From the human T2T-CHM13v2.0 reference genome, Homo sapiens: a stretch of 64,000 nucleotides of DNA. The notes under the pieces are model-generated. The model had not been told where the DNA came from. It saw only the letters and a list, made by a program, of their open reading frames with translations, and made no database searches. The translations under genes and the position numbers were made by a program. The DNA lies in assembly GCF_009914755.1 (NCBI RefSeq), contig NC_060932.1, one strand, 5' to 3'. This document shows, in pieces, positions 32,182 through 43,101 of the stretch (position 1 is its first letter; each line of letters begins with the position of its first letter).

Positions 32182-32707
32182 CCCTTTTCTGGTTAAGAAA
32201 AAACAACAACAAAAAAATGTGACGCTCACTGCCACTGCTCATTTAATTTTACATAAACATGCTCTTTGAGGCTGAAGCAAATTTGACTGATTTTCAATGT
32301 GAAAATACAATATAAAAACTGTTCTTGGAGTTATTTCTAAACAGAACTAACATCAGAATCATCTGAATCATCAGAATCATCTACTTCAGAAAAAATCAGA
32401 TTCATCAAATACATCTTTGGTCAATGACTGTTCAAGAACAATGTTAACATCATATGTAGGAATGTTACATTTTCTAGGATCTGACATTTCCAGCATTTGG
32501 AATTTACTATATGTTGTAAATGGAAATACCACTACTAAAAACAGAATGCTATAAATAGCATGATGTATTTTGTTTCCAAAGACAATATATTAAAATGATG
32601 CAAAAATGGTAATAAAAGTGAGAGATCTTTTGGCAAAGTTATCTCAGGGTAAACGCTGTGGCTGCAAGTGCCACCAGTAAGTATTTTTGGTGCAAATGGG
32701 AACAAAG
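32182..32707 (-). mobile_element. MER75 piggyBac-family MITE inserted near the end of L1 ORF1
   Basis: Termini CCCTTTTC.../...AAATGGGAACAAAG; flanked by ctaa / ttaa (TTAA target); internal 'cagaatcatctgaatcatcagaatcatct'. Confidence 0.88.
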
Positions 32708-35700
32708 TTAAAGTAGTGGGGTAAACACGGAATTAAAAGAATAACACCTACTACCACAAAAACACATTTAAGCACATAGCTCACAGACACTATAAAGCAA
32801 CAGTGTCTGTGATAAATAATCATTTCTACATACCAACCAGCTAACAACACAATGAGAGAATCAAAATCTGACATATCATTGCTAACCCTGAATGTAAATG
32901 GGCTAAATGCCCAACTTAAAAGACGTTAGTGACAATCTGGATAAAAAGACAAGACCCAACCATCTTATCTCTTCAAGAGACCCATTTCACATGTAACAAT
33001 ATCAAAAGGCTCAAAGTAAAAGGATGGGGAAAGATGTACCATGCAAACAAAAAACAGCAAGAGTCACTATTCTTATATCAGATAAAAACAAACTTTAAAC
33101 CAATAACAATTATGAAGAACAAAAAGGGCAGTACATAATGATAAAGGGTGCAATCCAACAAAATGACTTATTCTAAGCATACACACACCCAACATTGGAA
33201 CACCCACATTCATAAAACAAGTTCTTCTTACTGTATGAAAAGAATTAGACAGTCACACACTAATAGTAGGAGACTTCAACACCCCATTGACAGTCTTAGA
33301 CAGATCACTAAGGCAGAAAACTAACAAAGAAACTCTGGACTTAACCTCAACACTTGACTAATTGCACCTAATAGACATCTACTGAACACTCCACCCAACA
33401 TACACAGCATATACATTCCTTTCATCTGCACACAGAATATATTCTAAGATCAACCACATACTCAGTCATAAATCAATCTCAACAAATTAAAAAAAATTGA
33501 AATCATGTCAACCACACTCAGACCACAATGCAATAAAAATGGATATCAGTATCAAGAAGATATCTCAAAATTACAAATATACATGAAAATTAAGTTGATC
33601 CTGATTAACTCCTGGATAAACCCCCAAATTGAGGCAGAATTCAAAAAATACTTTGAAATTAATGAAAATAGGACACAACTTACCCAAATCTCTGGAATGC
33701 AGCTAAAGCAGTGTTAAAAGGAAAGTTTATAGCACTAAATGTCTTCATCAAGAAAATAGAAAGATCTCAAATTAACAACAAACATTATATCTAAAGGAGC
33801 TAGAAAGAAAAGAATAAACCAACCCCAAAGCTAGCAAAAGAAAAGAAATAACTAAAATTAGAGAAGAAATTGAGACACAAAAATCCATAAAAAAGATACG
33901 TGAAACCAATAATTTTTTTGAAAGAATAAATAAGATTGATAGACCACTAGCTAGATTAACAAAGGAAAATAAAACACCCAGGAGATCCAAATAAGAGCAA
34001 TAAAAAATGACAAAGGTGACATTCCAACTGATTCCATATAACTACAAGAGATCATCAGCGACTACTATGAACAACTCTATGCACACAACTTAAAAAATCT
34101 AGAGGAAATGGATAAATGTCTGGAAACAGAAAATCTTCCAAGATTGAATCAGGAAGAGATTGAAACTCCCAATAGACCAATATCAAATTCAGAAATTGAA
34201 TCAGTAATAATAATAATAATAATAAACTTACCAAGCAAAAAAGCCCTGGAATAGATGGATTCACAGCAAAATTCTACCAGATGCACAAAGAGGAACTGGT
34301 ATCAATTCTACTGAAACCATTCTGAACACTTGGGGATGTGGGGCTTCTCCCTTTCTATGAAGCCAGCATTAGCCTGATACCAAAATCTGGCAGAGACACA
34401 ATTAAAAAAGAAAACTTCAGGCTGATATCCCTGATTAATGTAGACACAAAAATCTTCAACAAAATACTAGTAAACTGAATTCAGCAGCACACCATAATTA
34501 CCAAGCCTACATGATCAAGTAGGCTTTATTCCTGGGATGCAAAGATGATTCAACATATGCAAATCAATAAATATGATCTACCATACAAACATGATTAAAA
34601 ACAAAAACCTTATGATCATCTCAATAGATGCAGAAAAAACATTCAATAAAATCTACCATCCTTTGATGATAAAAACCCTCAAAAGACTAGGTAGGCATCA
34701 AAGAAACATACCTCAAGATAATAAGAGCCGTGTATGACAAACCCACAGCCAACATCATACTGAATGGGCAAAAAGGCAAGAGTGCTTACTGTCACCACTC
34801 CTACTCAACATAGTACTGGAAGTCTTTGCCAGAGTAATCAGGTAAGACAAAGAAATTAAAGGAATCCAAATAGGAAAAGAAGAAGCCAAACTACCTATCT
34901 TTATAGATGGTATGATTCTATACCTAGAAAACACAAAACACTTCACCAAAATGTTCTTACAACTGATAAATGAATTTAGTAAAGTCTCAGGATGCAAAAA
35001 CAATGTTCAAAAATCAGTAGCATTTCTATACACCATTAACATCCAGGATCCAGGCTGAGTCAAATCAAGAACACAATCCCATTTACAACAGCCACAAAGA
35101 AAATGAAATACTGAGAAATACATCTAACCACGGAGGTGAAAGATCTCTACAAAGAGAACTACAAAATGCTGCTGAAAGAAATCATAGACAATACAAATAA
35201 ATGGGAAAAAAATCCATGTTCATGGATTAGAAGAAGCAATATTGTAGAAACAGCTATACTCCCAAAGGAATTTACAGATTTATTGCCATTCCTGTGTAAC
35301 TACCAATGTCATTCTTCATGGAATTAGGAAAAAACTATTCTAAAGTTCATATGAGACCAAAAAGAACCCAAAATAACTTAACAATTCTAAGCAAGAAGAA
35401 CAAAGTCAAAGATATCATACTATCTGACTTCAAACTATACTATAAATCTGCAATAACCAAAACAGCAGGGTACTGGTACAAAAATAGACACATACACCAA
35501 TGAAACAGAATAGAAAACTCAGAAATGGAGCTGCACACCTACAATCATCTGCTCTTCAACAAAACCAACAAAAAACAAGCAGTGAGGAAATGACTCCCTA
35601 TTCAATAAATACTTCTTGGATAATTGGCTAGCCATAAGAAGAAGGAAACTGGACCCCTAGCTTTCACCACATATAAAAATTAACTCAAGGATTAAAGATT

Positions 35701-37313
35701 TAAATGTAAAACCGCAAACTATAAAAATCCTAGAAGAAAACCTGGGAAATGCCCTTCCTAATTGACCCTGGCAAATAATTTTTGGATTAGTCCCCGAAAG
35801 CAATTGCAACAAAAACCAAAATTGACAACTGGGACCTAATTAAACTGAACAGCTTTTGCAGAGAAAAAAGAAATTACCAACAGAGTAAACAGACAACCTA
35901 TAGACCAGGAGAAGCTATTTACAAACTGTCCATCTGACAATGATTTAACATCCAGAATCTATAAGGAACTTAAATTAACAAGAGAAAAACAAATAACTCC
36001 ATTAAAGATGGGCAAAGGACATGAATAGATACTTCTCTAAAGAAGACATACAAGTGGCCAATCAACTCATGAAAAATATACTCATCATCACTAATCATCA
36101 GAAAGATGCAAATCAAAATTATGATGAGATACTATCTCATACCAGTCAGAATGGCTGCTATTAAAATGTCAAAAAATAACAGATGTTGGCAAGGTTTTGG
36201 AGAAAAGAGAACACTTGTATGTTGCTGGTGGAATGTAATTTAGTTCAGTCCCTGTAGAAAGCAGGTTTTAGAATTTTCAAAGAACTATAAATATAACTAC
36301 CAGTTGATCCAGCAGTGCCACTACTGGGTATATACCCAAAAGAAAATAAATCATTCTACCATAAAGACACATGCACTCTATGTTCATTGTGGTGCTATTC
36401 ATAGTAGCAAAGACAAGGAGTCAACTTAGGTGCCCATCAATGGTGGATTGGCCATTGGAAAGAAAATATAATACATATACTTCATCTAATATTATGCAGC
36501 CATATAAAAGAATACAATCATATTCTATGTAACAACATGGATGCAGTTGGAGGCCATAATACTAAGCAAATTAATGAAGGAACAGAAAACCAAATACCGC
36601 ATATTCTCACTTACAAGTGAAAGCTAAACATTGAGCACAACTGGACATACACATGGGAACAATAGACACTGAAGACTACTAGAGAGGAGAGGAAGGAAGT
36701 CGGGTGTGTTTTGTCAAGCTACCTACTGGACACTATGCTCACTACCTGGGTGATAGGATCTGTACCCCAAACCTCAGCATAATACAATATTCTCATGTAA
36801 CAAACCTGTATATGTACCCCCTGTATCTAAAATAAAAGTTGGAAAAATTTTTAGAAAGGATGAATTTCTTGCCATCTTTGTACTTTTAGTTTCTTCAGAG
36901 AAGATGAAACTCCATGGGAGGGAGGAATTTAGCTCCGGAGGACAAAAGTAATCTGCTTTCTTCTTCCTCCAGTCAATGCCCCAATGGGAGGAGGTGAGAA
37001 TAAAAGATCCCTTCAACATTTTTTAAAGGTGGAAGACAGTCTAAAAGTACATGGGACCTGGGTCCCATTTCCTTAGTGACATCAAGTTGCAGCAGAGGTT
37101 GCAGTAACAAATATACAAAAAAAAGTGGCTAGCCACGGGGAGGCAAACGGAAAATACCAGTTCCTGGAATCCTCTGTGTCCGTGGAAAGTAGAGTGCCTA
37201 AGAAATTCTCCCATGACTCTACAAAGGATTTGGGTGTGGCACTGACCTACTGAATTGTCTTCAGCAATAGTCTCAACAAAGAAAAGAGCAGTACATGCAA
37301 AGTATGCCTTTGG

Positions 37314-37506
37314 GCAGTGGTTCTTAATGCATGTTCCCTGACCAGCAGAATCGGCATAAGCTGGTATCATGTAAGAAAGGGAGATAGATTCTCAGACCCT
37401 GTTCCAGACCTACTGAATCAGAAACTCTAGGAGTGGGCCCAGCAGTCTCTGTTCTAATAAGCCCTCCAGGGAAATTTGCTGCAGATTTAAGTTTGAGGAC
37501 CACTGC
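37314..37506. mobile_element. MER5A/B (hAT-Charlie)
   Basis: 'cagtggttct...accagcag...cagacctactgaatcagaaactctaggagtgggccc...aagtttgaggaccactg'. Confidence 0.85.
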
Positions 37507-37731
37507 TGGTGGATGCCTGCAGAGGACAGAGGGATTGCCAGGATATGTAGACCAGGAACAAAACATACTCTGAAGAACAGTGGGAAGGTGGGGTGGGTGG
37601 CAAAATTTTTAATTTGTGGAGTTTAAAAACTTCATTGAGAAATTACTGAATTTGATAAAGTTAATCTGTGATTGACTACATTAGGATGAAACTAAATTAA
37701 GATGACTAGGTTAAGATTAATGGCCTCACTT

Positions 37732-38376
37732 TGTTACCAGTGAAAGGTATCTGAGTTACACTGAGTTACCAATGGCGTGTCTGCACACATCTGCAGTAAC
37801 TTCAATTCTTGCCTCCTCAGAAGAAAGAACTCGACTGAGGGGCATAAAGCAGAAGAAGAAACCACGGCAAGTTTCAGAATAGGAGTGGAAGTTTATTTAA
37901 AAAGGGTTTAGAACAAGAAAGGAAGTAAGGTGCACTTGCAAGAGACCCAAGGGGGCACATGAAGGTTAATCCTATTCCTAGGGCATTATAAGCTCACCTT
38001 TTTCCCGTGATTCTTCCCTTAGGGTGGGCTTCCTGCATGTGCAGTGCCCTCTTTACCCTTGGGAACTGAGCCTGTGCAGTGTGTTTAGGAAGTTGTACAT
38101 ACGCCCATCTGAGGTTGTCTTCCTTTTTTCCCACAGAGTGTACCCGGAAGGTCACGCTTTGCCATTTTGTCTCTGAATGCACATGACCCGGAAGTTTCTT
38201 CTCCCTGGCAATTGTATTCAGTTAACACTTTTATGTTAACAGCTGTGGATTATCAGGAGACTGTCTCTCCCTAGCTTTAGAGAGGTAGTGTGGTAATTGC
38301 TGAACCATCCCTGATATTCTTAGTGGTTTGAGGGAGAGCTGTCTCCTGCCCTGCTCATGACTAACTACCTGTAACA
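37732..38376 (-). mobile_element. MER66-like ERV1 solo LTR
   Basis: TG...CA termini (minus strand TGTTACAGGTAGTTAG...); perfect 4-bp TSD actt. Confidence 0.8.
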
Positions 38377-38577
38377 ACTTTATAGATAAAGAAACTGGAA
38401 AGTTTGGTGACTTGTCTAGTATTATAAGCCATTAAGATCGAGCAGCACCATTAAATAACTTTTTAATGGCAAACTGAGAAGAAACTATTAACATAGAAAA
38501 ATTATGGTATTTTGTTTTGCAGAATCAGGGAAATAAATATTAGTGATAGTAATAGGAGTGATAATGAACTACCATAG

Positions 38578-40250
38578 CCTGGGAGATGTTTTTTGTATTG
38601 CACAGTCATACAGGGCAGAACAGTCTGAAACGTGAAGGCACCTGGCTGAATACGCTTATATGGAAGCCAAGTGCTTTTTCATGACCTGTGAGGACCTCCT
38701 GAACTGACTGGAGGACTTGGCTTGTGACATAGTAGATAGTCTTAAAGTCACCTGTAGTGAGCAAAGTGTATGACCTCAACCTGAAGTTTAAGCCCCACAA
38801 ACAGCCTTTCAAAAGGATAAACTATTCAGACACTATTGTGTGGCTGAAAGAACACAATATAAAGAAAGAACATGGAACTTTTTATGAATTTGGAGAAGAT
38901 ATCCCAGAAGCCCCTGAGAGAGTGAAGACAGACACCATTAATGAACTAATCTTTCTGTGTCAATTTCCTTTGGAGATCAAGTCCTTCTATATACAGCAAT
39001 GTCCTGAGGATTCCCATCTTACTGAATCTGTTGACTTGTTGATGTCCAATGTTGGTGAGAATGTCGGAGGCTCAATACATACCTGCGATGGTGAAGAAAT
39101 GCTAGAAGGTTATGAAATGAAAGAGATTGACCCCACTCCCCATTACTGGTATGTAGATCAGAGAAAATACAGTTCATGTCCTCATGGAAGATATGGCTTG
39201 TGTCACACCTGAGGTGTACGCTTATACCCTTGATGTGTCCAGTGCTGCAAGCCATAACCAATTCCTCCTGAAGCATGAAGGAAAGAATATGATTCATGAA
39301 AGGAATAGGCTCCCCCTTTAAAAAAACAAGAACAAAAAAGCCAGAATCTTCCTTTTTTGTTGTTTCATTGGTGTATAACTGTTTCTGTTTTCTCTTTCTG
39401 TTTTTTATTTTTACTACCACAAAAAGTAGCCCAGATCAGTTGAACATGAAGTGACATGAGGTTGTCATCTTAACAAAATACCCATTACAAAATTTGGGGA
39501 AAATATGTGGCATGTAACTCTGTAGTTACAGATAAATTTCGTCATTTTACCCAATTATAAGTCATATATACCATATAAATATTTCAATAGTTTTAAATTA
39601 TCATCTAAGACATTCCAGTAACTTAATATTTCCGTTCTTTTAAGTATAACTGGAATTCTTTAATTCATTTTATTGTATCAATGAGTTTAAACAAACATCT
39701 TTGGGGGAATTGGCAATATGGTGTGAAAATCCACTAGTACTAGAATACAGTATAATTCAGCAGTAGATACTGGAATCGAATGAATATAGTCTTTTGTGTC
39801 AATTATTAATCTTTTCTAAGTCTGTATAGGTGCTTACACTTCTGAGACATACAAATTGATATGGAATAATTTGTGAAAATGGAATTGCCTTAAAGAATTT
39901 GAAGTAAGAGCACAATTCTGGGAGTGGAGTTCTTAGATGATTCACAACATTCCTCTTAGAATTAATTTAAGGTAAAGAGGCAGACTGATCTTCTTTCTTT
40001 CCTGACTATTCCTAAATAATTAAGAATAAATAAGTTCCAAAGGAATTTGCAGCTGGAATCTTTATAACAACTCTAAGTGGCTGTTTGAGTTGGCCCCACC
40101 ATGTCCTTAGTTCTAATCTGTGCTACCTTATTACATCACAGAATGCTTATTGAATGGCTTCATTTCAGAGTTAATTTCTCCCCTAAATGCATATCATGTA
40201 TTCTTAATAGGCTGTATTACCAGCAGTCAATATATAAATATACATAAAAT
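38578..40250 (+). pseudogene. NARS1 (pseudogene): Processed, 5'-truncated pseudogene of cytosolic asparaginyl-tRNA synthetase (C-terminal catalytic domain ~38578-39257 plus probable 3'UTR)
   Basis: [24 protein letters not shown] (class II motif 2); ORF 38757-39212 'FYEFGEDIPEAPER..TDTINE..EIKSFY..CPEDS.LTESVD.LM.NVGE.VGGS..IDPTP.YWY.DQRKY..CPHG.YGL'; no introns, stops, frameshift; 3' limit approximate. Confidence 0.93.
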
Positions 40251-41545
40251 ATTTTTTGAGGAACTTCCAGACCACTTTCCAAAGTGGCTGCACCATTGTG
40301 TTTACCCACTAGCAGTGTATGAAGGTAACAGTTTATCCACATCCTTGCCAACACTTGTTATTATCTGTCTTTTTTATTATGGCCACCCTAGTGGGTGTGA
40401 TACGATATCTCCTTGGGGTTTTGATAGCATTTTCTGATGGCCAATGATGTTGACCATCCTTTCATATGCTTATTGCTCCTTTGTATATTTTCTTCAGAGA
40501 AATGTCTATTCCAATCCTTTGCCCATTTTAAATTAATTTAATTGTATTTTCATGATTGAGTTGTAAGAGTTCTTTTATATTCTATAGAAGTCCCTTATCA
40601 AATTTATTATTTGCAAATATTTTCTTCTATTTTGTGGATTGTCTTTTTACTTTCTTAATGATATTCTTTGAAGTACACAGGTTTTTAATTTCAATAAAGT
40701 TAAATTTATCAATCTTCTTTTTTTCACATATGCTTTGATATCATATCTAAGAAGTCATTGCCTAGTTTGAGATCATGAAAATTTAATCTTGTGTTTTATC
40801 CTAATAAATTTATAGTTTTAGTTCTTACATTTCAGGTCATGATCCATTTTGAGTTAATTTTTGTGTATGGTATAAAGTAGGGCTCCAAAGTCATTCTTTT
40901 GTGCATGGATATCCACTTGTTCCACCACTATGTGTTTATAAACTATTCTTTTCTCTCGCTGAATTGCCTTGGTCCCTTTGTTGAAATTCAACTGGACATA
41001 AATGTTACAGTTTATTTCTTCACTCTCAATTTTATTCCACCTATGTATGTTTCTTTTTATAAGAGGACCACACTGTCTTGATTAGGATAGCTTTGTAGTA
41101 AGTTTCTAAATCACAAAGTACAAGTCCTCCAACTTTGTTCTTCTTTTTCAAAATTACTTTGGCTAATCTGAGTCCTTTGCATTTCCATGTAAATTTTAGG
41201 ATAAACTTGTAAATTTTCCCACAAAAGCTAATTGGGCTTTTCATAGTAATTGCATTGAATCTGTGCATTAACTAGGGGAGAATTGCCATTCTATCCATAT
41301 TAAGCCTTATTTTGACCCAAGAACATGCTTTTCCATTTATGTAATTTTTAATTTTTTTGCACAAAATACAGTTTTTGGAAAATATGGTTTACAATATTTT
41401 TGTTAAATTCCTATTTAAGTATTTTATTCTTTTGAATGCTATTGTAAATGAAATTATTCCTTAGTTCATTTTCTAACTCTTCATTGCCAGTATATAGAAA
41501 CAACTGATTTTGTATGTTGATGTTGTTTCCTGCAACCTAGCTGAA
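40251..41545 (-). mobile_element. Old L1M (L1MB-like) ORF2 3' portion lacking its 3'UTR
   Basis: Minus ORF 41041-41268 'RFNAI..K...ILKFTWKCKG.RLAK.ILKKKNKVGGL...YYKA..IKTVW' is L1 ORF2p. Confidence 0.85.
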
Positions 41546-42022
41546 CTTTTTTTTTCTGTTTCTGTGAAGAATGTCATTGGTATGTTGATAGAGATTGCAT
41601 TGAATCTGGAGATTGCTGTGGGTATTATAAACATTTTAACAATATTGATGCCTCCAATCAATGAGCATGGGATATCTTTTTTCATTTGTTTGTTTTGTTT
41701 TGTCTTCAATTTCTTTCATCGGTATTGTATATTTTTTCTTGTAGAGATCTTTTACTTCTTTGGTTAAATTTATTCCTAGGATTCTTTTTTTTTTTTTGTA
41801 GCCCTTGTAAATGGGATTCTTTTCTTGAATTCTTTTTCAGATTGATTGCTGTTAGCACATATAAATGTTACTGGGTTTTAATGTTGATTTTGTATCCTGC
41901 AACTTTACTGAATGTGTTTATAAATTCTAAGAGATTTTTGGTGGAGTTTAGGTTTTTCCCAATATAGCATGTTGTCATCTGCAAACAAGGCTAACTTGAC
42001 TTTTACTTTCCAATTTGGATGT

Positions 42023-42396
42023 TGATGTGGGTTGGCTCTGTGTCCTCATCCAAATCTCATGTTGAATTGTAAACCTCAGTGTGGGAGGTGGCCCTGGTGG
42101 GAGGTGATTTGATCATGGGGGCGGACTTCCCCCTTGCTGTTCTTGTGATAGTGAGTGAGTTCTGGGGAGATCTAGTTGTTTAAAAGCACTTCCCCCTTTA
42201 CTCTCTTCCTCCTGGTCTGGCCATGTGAAGGCATGTCTGCTTGCCCTTTGCCTTCTCTCATGAGTTTAAGTTTCCTGAGTCCTCGCCAGCTTTCTTCCTG
42301 TACAACTTAGAGAACTGAATTAGTTAAACCTCTTTTCTTTATAAATTACGCAGTCTCAGGTATGTGTTTATAGCAGTGTGGGAATGGACTAATACA
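42023..42396 (+). mobile_element. MSTA-like MaLR solo LTR inside L1
   Basis: tgatgtgggttggctctgtgtcc...ggactaataca; perfect 5-bp TSD gatgt. Confidence 0.92.
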
Positions 42397-43026
42397 GATG
42401 TTCTTTATTTCTTTCTCTTACCTACTTGCTCTGGTTAGGAATTCCAGTACTATGTTGAAAAGAAGTAGTGAAAGTGTACATTCTTGTATTGTTCCAGGTC
42501 TTAATAGAAATGCTTCCATGTATACAGTATAATATTAGCTGTGGGTTTGTCCTATATGGCCTTGATTATGTTGAGGCATGATTCTTCTATGACCAATTTG
42601 TTGAGAGGTTTTATAATGAATGGATGCTGAAGTTAATGTTTTTTCAGCATTTATTGAAACGATAATATGGTTTTGTGCTTGATTCTGTTGATGTGAGGTA
42701 TCATATTTACTGATATGGATGTGTTGAACCCATTCTTGCATCCCTGGGATGAATCCCACTTGATCATGTAAATGATCTTTTAGTATGTTCTTGAATTCAG
42801 TTTCCTAGTATTTTGTTCATCAGAGATATTGGCCTGTGGTTTTCTTTCTTGTTGTGTCCTCATCTTGTTTTGCTATCTGGCAAATCCTGGACTCAGAATG
42901 GGTTCAGAAGTACTTCGTCTTCAATTTTTTGAAATAGTTTGAGTAGAATTGCTATTAGTTCTTCCTTAAGTGTTTGGTAGAATTCAGCAGTGAATTCATC
43001 AGGTCCTGGACTTTTCCTCATGGGCG

Positions 43027-43101
43027 ACTTTACTAATACTTTAATCTGGTTACTTGTTATTAGTTTACTAATAACTTTACTAATACTTTAATCTGGTTAC
43101 T
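43027..43101. repeat. 28-bp direct duplication inside L1
   Basis: actttactaatactttaatctggttact at 43027-43054 and 43074-43101. Confidence 0.88.

Noticed and set aside
38757-39212. Functional AsnRS gene
   Set aside because: 5'-truncated, no ATG, stops upstream, motif 3 deleted, intronless
39019-39420. 133-aa minus-strand ORF
   Set aside because: Antisense to the NARS1 pseudogene; low-complexity start from a T-rich UTR
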